From the NCBI GenBank assembly GCA_049314435.1, contig JBMOFD010000015.1:1-29269 (forward strand): a stretch of DNA of 29,269 bases. The letters run 5' to 3'. Positions 25,588 through 29,269 of this stretch are shown piece after piece. Position 1 is the stretch's first letter. Each line of letters starts with the position of its first letter. A program made the translations under genes and the position numbers. The notes under the pieces were generated by a model. It did no database searches, was not told where the DNA came from, and worked only from the letters and a program-made list of their open reading frames with translations. The DNA comes from Chlamydiia bacterium (GTDB lineage: Bacteria > Chlamydiota > Chlamydiia > Chlamydiales > JBMOFD01).

Positions 25588-26390
25588 GCATGGGGGAGAG
25601 TCTGGAGCAGATCAGAGGCGATCAGTCCATAGGAGGTCATCCGTTGGGCCGCCTCCTGGCCAGCCGTTCCATGTAGAACAACAGCGAGCTGAGCCGCTTC
25701 CCATGAGGATAGCCCCTGCGCAATAAATCCTGCACAAAGACCAGCCAGAACATCCCCAGTGCCGGCTGTGGCCATCCCTGGATCGCCTCCCTCCCAGACC
25801 ATCACCGGCTGGCCCACAGCAACGATGTAGGTAGGTGAGCCTTTTGCGATCACGACCACTTCGTCTCGACGAGCCAACTCCCAAGCAAGATCGAGCCGAG
25901 GACCGGAGCGACCCGCCAGTACTTGAAGCTCCCCCTCATGGGGCGTCAGTAGATCTCCAGCCGAAGGTGCACACCACCCTGCTCGTATCCCATGCAGAGC
26001 TCCTCCATCGAACACGGTAGGGATCCGATGTTCACGAGCTCCCTCCATGATTAGCGCAAACCAAGGGTCAGGTGCAGTCGCTGGCATCCCAGATCCCACG
26101 AGGAGAGCTTTTGTACGACTCAGCTCCGACGAGATCAGTGGCCATGACGCGGAGGTAGCCAAAAGCTGTACCATCTCGATAGGTAGAACCGAAGGTGTGA
26201 TGGATGGGACGGCCCACTTCACGATCCCAAGACCAGCGCGATAGGCCGCAGCAGCAGCCAGAGAGATCGCTCCCTGCATACCAGGGAACCCACCCACACA
26301 CAGAAGCTGGCCAGCAGTGTATTTGTTACGCACCTGATCCATGGGAGGGATCAATCCCCGCACATGGGCCATGGTCAGCAGTTCGTTCAT
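25557..26390 (-). CDS. nnrD: NAD(P)H-hydrate dehydratase (stand-alone)
   Basis: KYTAG...VGG...MQGA..LAA.AAYRAG.G, VFDGGAL, LTPHEGE, KG and MATAGTGDVLAG. Confidence 0.88.
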   Translation of the reverse strand: MNELLTMAHVRGLIPPMDQVRNKYTAGQLLCVGGFPGMQGAISLAAAAAYRAGLGIVKWAVPSITPSVLPIEMVQLLATSASWPLISSELSRTKALLVGSGMPATAPDPWFALIMEGAREHRIPTVFDGGALHGIRAGWCAPSAGDLLTPHEGELQVLAGRSGPRLDLAWELARRDEVVVIAKGSPTYIVAVGQPVMVWEGGDPGMATAGTGDVLAGLCAGFIAQGLSSWEAAQLAVVLHGTAGQEAAQRMTSYGLIASDLLQTLPHAWKQLLGGST

Positions 26391-27385
26391 AGTGTCTCTT
26401 CCTTAATGGTACGTGCCATCAGACGCTCAACAGCCTCTTGCGGAGGCATCCCATGCTCTAGAAGGTCATACACGGTATCGATCACAGGAACAGCCACATG
26501 GCTCTTACGAGCTAGCTCATAGGCGGATAGGCATGTGTAGGCCCCTTCCACGGCCATGCCGATCTGCTCCTTGGCCTCTTGCGGCGAAAGCCCCTGTGCG
26601 AGAAGACCACCAAATCGGTAGTTACGACTCAATGGACTAAAGCAGGTCAACATGAGGTCTCCCATGCCCGACAGCCCATTCAAGGTATCAGGAAGAGCGC
26701 CATTCGCAGCGGCCAGCTTACGCATTTCATGGAGGCCGCGCGTCATGAGAGCGGCTTTGGTGTTCATTCCAAACCCCAGCCCGTCACTCGTTCCAGCCGC
26801 GATCGCGATGATATTCTTCATCGCTCCCCCAAATCCCACCCCTTTGAGGTCGGCATTAGGGTAGACGCGAAAGAGTGGTGAGGAGAAGAGCTGCACAATC
26901 CGCTGTCGTTGAGCTTCTCCATACGCCGCGGCCACAACCACCGTGGGAATACGACGCAGAACTTCTTCTGCATAGCTCGGCCCCGATAGAAGCCCGATCC
27001 AATCTCTCCACTCTTCGCCCAGCACATCGATGGCCACTTCAGGGAGTAGGAGTCCTGTATGCTGCTCGATCCCCTTTGAGGTCATGATCAGCGGCATCGG
27101 AGCCACGCCCATCTGCTTAAGCTCCTCACAGACGGGACGAATCCCCGCACTGGTCACGGCCTCGCAGATCACCTCCGCTGAGGCCATCACTTCAGCGAGA
27201 TCGCAGCTGGCCCGTAAGGCAGGGTGAATCTCCAACCCAGGAAGCTTAGGGTGCTGGTGGGTTGTATTGATGAGGTGAGCCAACTCGGCATCCTGAGACC
27301 AGAGCATCACTCGATGGCCATTACCACACAAAAGACTACCTAGGGCTGTGCCCCATGCCCCTGAACCGAGGAAAGCGATGTTCAC
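26387..27385 (-). CDS. gpsA: NAD(P)H-dependent glycerol-3-phosphate dehydrogenase
   Basis: GSGAWGTAL, SKGIE, LSGPSYAEEV, GGAMKNIIAIA and GLSGMGDL.LTC.S.LSRN. Confidence 0.97.
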   Translation of the reverse strand: MNIAFLGSGAWGTALGSLLCGNGHRVMLWSQDAELAHLINTTHQHPKLPGLEIHPALRASCDLAEVMASAEVICEAVTSAGIRPVCEELKQMGVAPMPLIMTSKGIEQHTGLLLPEVAIDVLGEEWRDWIGLLSGPSYAEEVLRRIPTVVVAAAYGEAQRQRIVQLFSSPLFRVYPNADLKGVGFGGAMKNIIAIAAGTSDGLGFGMNTKAALMTRGLHEMRKLAAANGALPDTLNGLSGMGDLMLTCFSPLSRNYRFGGLLAQGLSPQEAKEQIGMAVEGAYTCLSAYELARKSHVAVPVIDTVYDLLEHGMPPQEAVERLMARTIKEETL

Positions 27386-28557
27386 AGAGCACCTCCGGAG
27401 ACGACCATGGTTTCTTGTTGCCGTGTAGAGTCTTCTCCGCTCCTCAAAACGTCAAGTAGACCCTCTGGAGAGAGAACAACCGGCACTCCAGGAGCTGCCC
27501 ATTCCACAGAGGCGGTACACTCACGCACCAGAGCGATCTCCGGAATGCCTCTCTGCGTCGCCTGTTGACGAGCTCTCTTCTCCATAGCTGCCTGCACATC
27601 GACCAACCCATCTGGCCCATCCAGGCTCTTCAGAGGAGCGAATCTCGCTTCGCGCACCACTGGCATGTAGCCCACACAGGGCTCTCCTGCTAGTAGGTCA
27701 AAGAGGAAGAACTCCTCTTTCCACACGGGTCTTGATGTTCCGTCCACCACAACGTTTTTACGTGCTCGATGGATCGGCATCTCTCGACCAGCGCAAGCTC
27801 GTGCAAAAGCAAGGCTCCAGGTCTGCAACCCAGAGAACGCCTCTGGATAGGCATGGCAGCCCTCATCGCCCTGCGCTTTGGCAGGGAGCTCGATGTACTC
27901 TGCAATGCAGAGTTCATCTGGAAGCAGGACGCCTACACGTTCTGTCGGATGCTGTCGGGGAATGGAGAGGAGAACGGCTTGCACGTTTCCACCTTCCAAA
28001 ACACCGAACGCCGTGAGTTCCAGGGGTTCAGCGAAAACGTTGTCGATAGGCACAACATGGATCGATCGCACCCCCTGCGCATCCCAGGTCTTTAGCAGAC
28101 CGGTGTGCTCCAGGTGCCTCCATAGGGACCCGTTCCCATCAGGAGCTGTGATGACCTGGCCAGCTTGGTTTTTCACTGGGCAACATTGCTCATCGAGGAT
28201 GGGTCGTTCCGGCTGGACCACGAAGGTCACTTGAGCCTCATTCAGCCCAAAGTAGTGGTGGTCTTGCCAGAACTGCTCTACCTCAGCTTGATGTTCCGTA
28301 TTGGTCCAGACACAAAGAGGCGCCGTTCCACCCAATGCCGTCTGAGCTGCCAAGAGTCTCTCAGCAAAACACTGGAATAGACTCGCTTGCCGTAACGCAG
28401 TTACAGGGAAGCAGCCCTTTGGACAGGGACGTCCTAGTCGAGAGCCCTGACCACCGGCAAGCAGCACCACGGCTACGCGTCCTTCCTGAACAGCCTGCCG
28501 TCCCCGTTCCTGATCGGTCGGTTGAAGATGAGGACAGCAACTCCATTGAGCCTTCAT
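27382..28557 (-). CDS. UDPGP-family UTP:sugar-1-phosphate uridylyltransferase (UDP-GlcNAc/UDP-Glc pyrophosphorylase, eukaryotic-type fold)
   Basis: VLLAGGQGSRLG...PKG, APDGNG, IDN, EY.E, KEEFFLFD and FAPLK. Start placed at ATG 28557 (AGGAGG SD); 28641 is an alternative. Coupled to gpsA as in Chlamydia. Confidence 0.88.
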   Translation of the reverse strand: MKAQWSCCPHLQPTDQERGRQAVQEGRVAVVLLAGGQGSRLGRPCPKGCFPVTALRQASLFQCFAERLLAAQTALGGTAPLCVWTNTEHQAEVEQFWQDHHYFGLNEAQVTFVVQPERPILDEQCCPVKNQAGQVITAPDGNGSLWRHLEHTGLLKTWDAQGVRSIHVVPIDNVFAEPLELTAFGVLEGGNVQAVLLSIPRQHPTERVGVLLPDELCIAEYIELPAKAQGDEGCHAYPEAFSGLQTWSLAFARACAGREMPIHRARKNVVVDGTSRPVWKEEFFLFDLLAGEPCVGYMPVVREARFAPLKSLDGPDGLVDVQAAMEKRARQQATQRGIPEIALVRECTASVEWAAPGVPVVLSPEGLLDVLRSGEDSTRQQETMVVSGGAL

Positions 28558-28704
28558 GGGTACATCCTCCTGAGCTAAGATAGAAGTATGGGCATAGAAA
28601 GGAACAGCCACAATGAGCAAGTGTAGAAAGAGGCGGACCATGCGAATCTCCAGTCCAACTAGAGTGACAAATTCCCCATGTGCTTGCCAATGGGAATCGT
28701 TCTT

Positions 28705-28760
28705 TCCGGAGCTCCGCTCCGGACCGCAGCTGGAGGATTCCATTCGCCAGACCTCCAGTG
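28705..28760 (-). repeat. intergenic hairpin repeat, copy 6 (two hairpins, first one decayed)
   Basis: Minus strand: CAC TGGAGGTC TGGCGAAT-gga-ATCCTCCA G CTGCGGTC CGGAGC-gga-GCTCCG G. Closely resembles copy 1. Confidence 0.72.
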
Positions 28761-28778
28761 AGATCTAGGAGAGCTCCC

Positions 28779-29269
28779 ATGCACCAGCCGTCTCTACATT
28801 TCACCCCTCTTGCCAGAGAGCATCTGCCACTGCTTTGGGCGTGGCACAGTGAGCCGCATGTACAGGAGCATTACTCCCTACGCACCTGGACGTTGGAGGA
28901 GATCGAAAACAAGTATGGCCCACGACTGGAAACACCAAGCTCTGTGCTTGGCTATGTCGTGCTAGTGGACAAGGAACCGATCGGATACCTACAATATTAC
29001 CGATGGGCCGAGCATCCCTATCCCGACCAGGAATTGGACCAGGCGATCGTAGACCACGCAGCAGGCATCGACTACTTCATCGGGTCTCCCCAGCATGTCG
29101 GCCAAGGCCTTGGCAGCAAGATGATCTCGGCCTTTATTGAGGAAGTCCTACCCGAGGAATACTCCTACGTCATCGCCGATCCTGCTGTCTCAAACCTTGT
29201 GTCGATTGCGGCTCTGAAACGATGTGGGTTCAAGCCTCATCGGGTCATCCAGAGCACGAATGCACTAGG
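28779..29269 (+). CDS. GNAT N-acetyltransferase of AAC(6')-Ib/siderophore-acylase-like type (runs off the window)
   Basis: Not in the ORF track. Hand translation from ATG 28779 (AGGAG SD): MHQPSLHFTPLAREHLPLLWAWHSEPHV...PIGYLQYY...AAGIDYFIGSPQHVGQGLGSKMI...ADPAVSNLVSIAALKRCGF. Confidence 0.85.
   Translation, partial: MHQPSLHFTPLAREHLPLLWAWHSEPHVQEHYSLRTWTLEEIENKYGPRLETPSSVLGYVVLVDKEPIGYLQYYRWAEHPYPDQELDQAIVDHAAGIDYFIGSPQHVGQGLGSKMISAFIEEVLPEEYSYVIADPAVSNLVSIAALKRCGFKPHRVIQSTNAL

Noticed and set aside
11371..28760. Repeat copies as a CRISPR array or integron attC sites
   Set aside because: The copies are dispersed, not regularly spaced, and lack GTTRRRY/RYYYAAC ends. No cas, integrase or transposase gene is in the window.
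414..28804. Numerous 60-180 aa ORFs nested in or antisense to called genes
   Set aside because: Expected shadow ORFs in GC-rich DNA, with no motifs or independent support.
28779..29269. Calling the GNAT an acquired aminoglycoside-resistance gene
   Set aside because: Only family-level motif similarity, no mobile context, and the gene is truncated by the window.

Overview
Gene-dense, GC-rich bacterial chromosomal window (about 55-60% GC in spot checks). Several features point to an environmental member of Chlamydiota (inference): the gene orders nrdR-dksA-lspA, dsbA-dsbB and UDP-sugar pyrophosphorylase-gpsA, a one-Cys DksA, a eukaryote-like F-box protein and a sterol reductase. Contents: a minus-strand housekeeping cluster (nrdR, dksA, lspA, adk, CinA/PncC, TrmH, RluA, lpxK); a 1310-aa F-box effector candidate; dsbA/dsbB; tRNA-Ser(GGA); pgeF; a 796-aa orphan; rfbACDB; a HAD phosphatase; a membrane sulfatase-like protein; a 7-dehydrocholesterol reductase; a GT2 and a Wzy/WaaL-like gene; nnrD; gpsA; a UDP-sugar pyrophosphorylase; and a GNAT cut by the window edge. 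Two non-coding signals are not explained by the ORF track. The first is a ~270-nt fully nested, rod-like candidate structured RNA between nrdR and the F-box gene (5785-6057). The second is a dispersed intergenic hairpin repeat family with compensatory base changes (six copies). All structures and alignments were derived by hand; no database searches were run.
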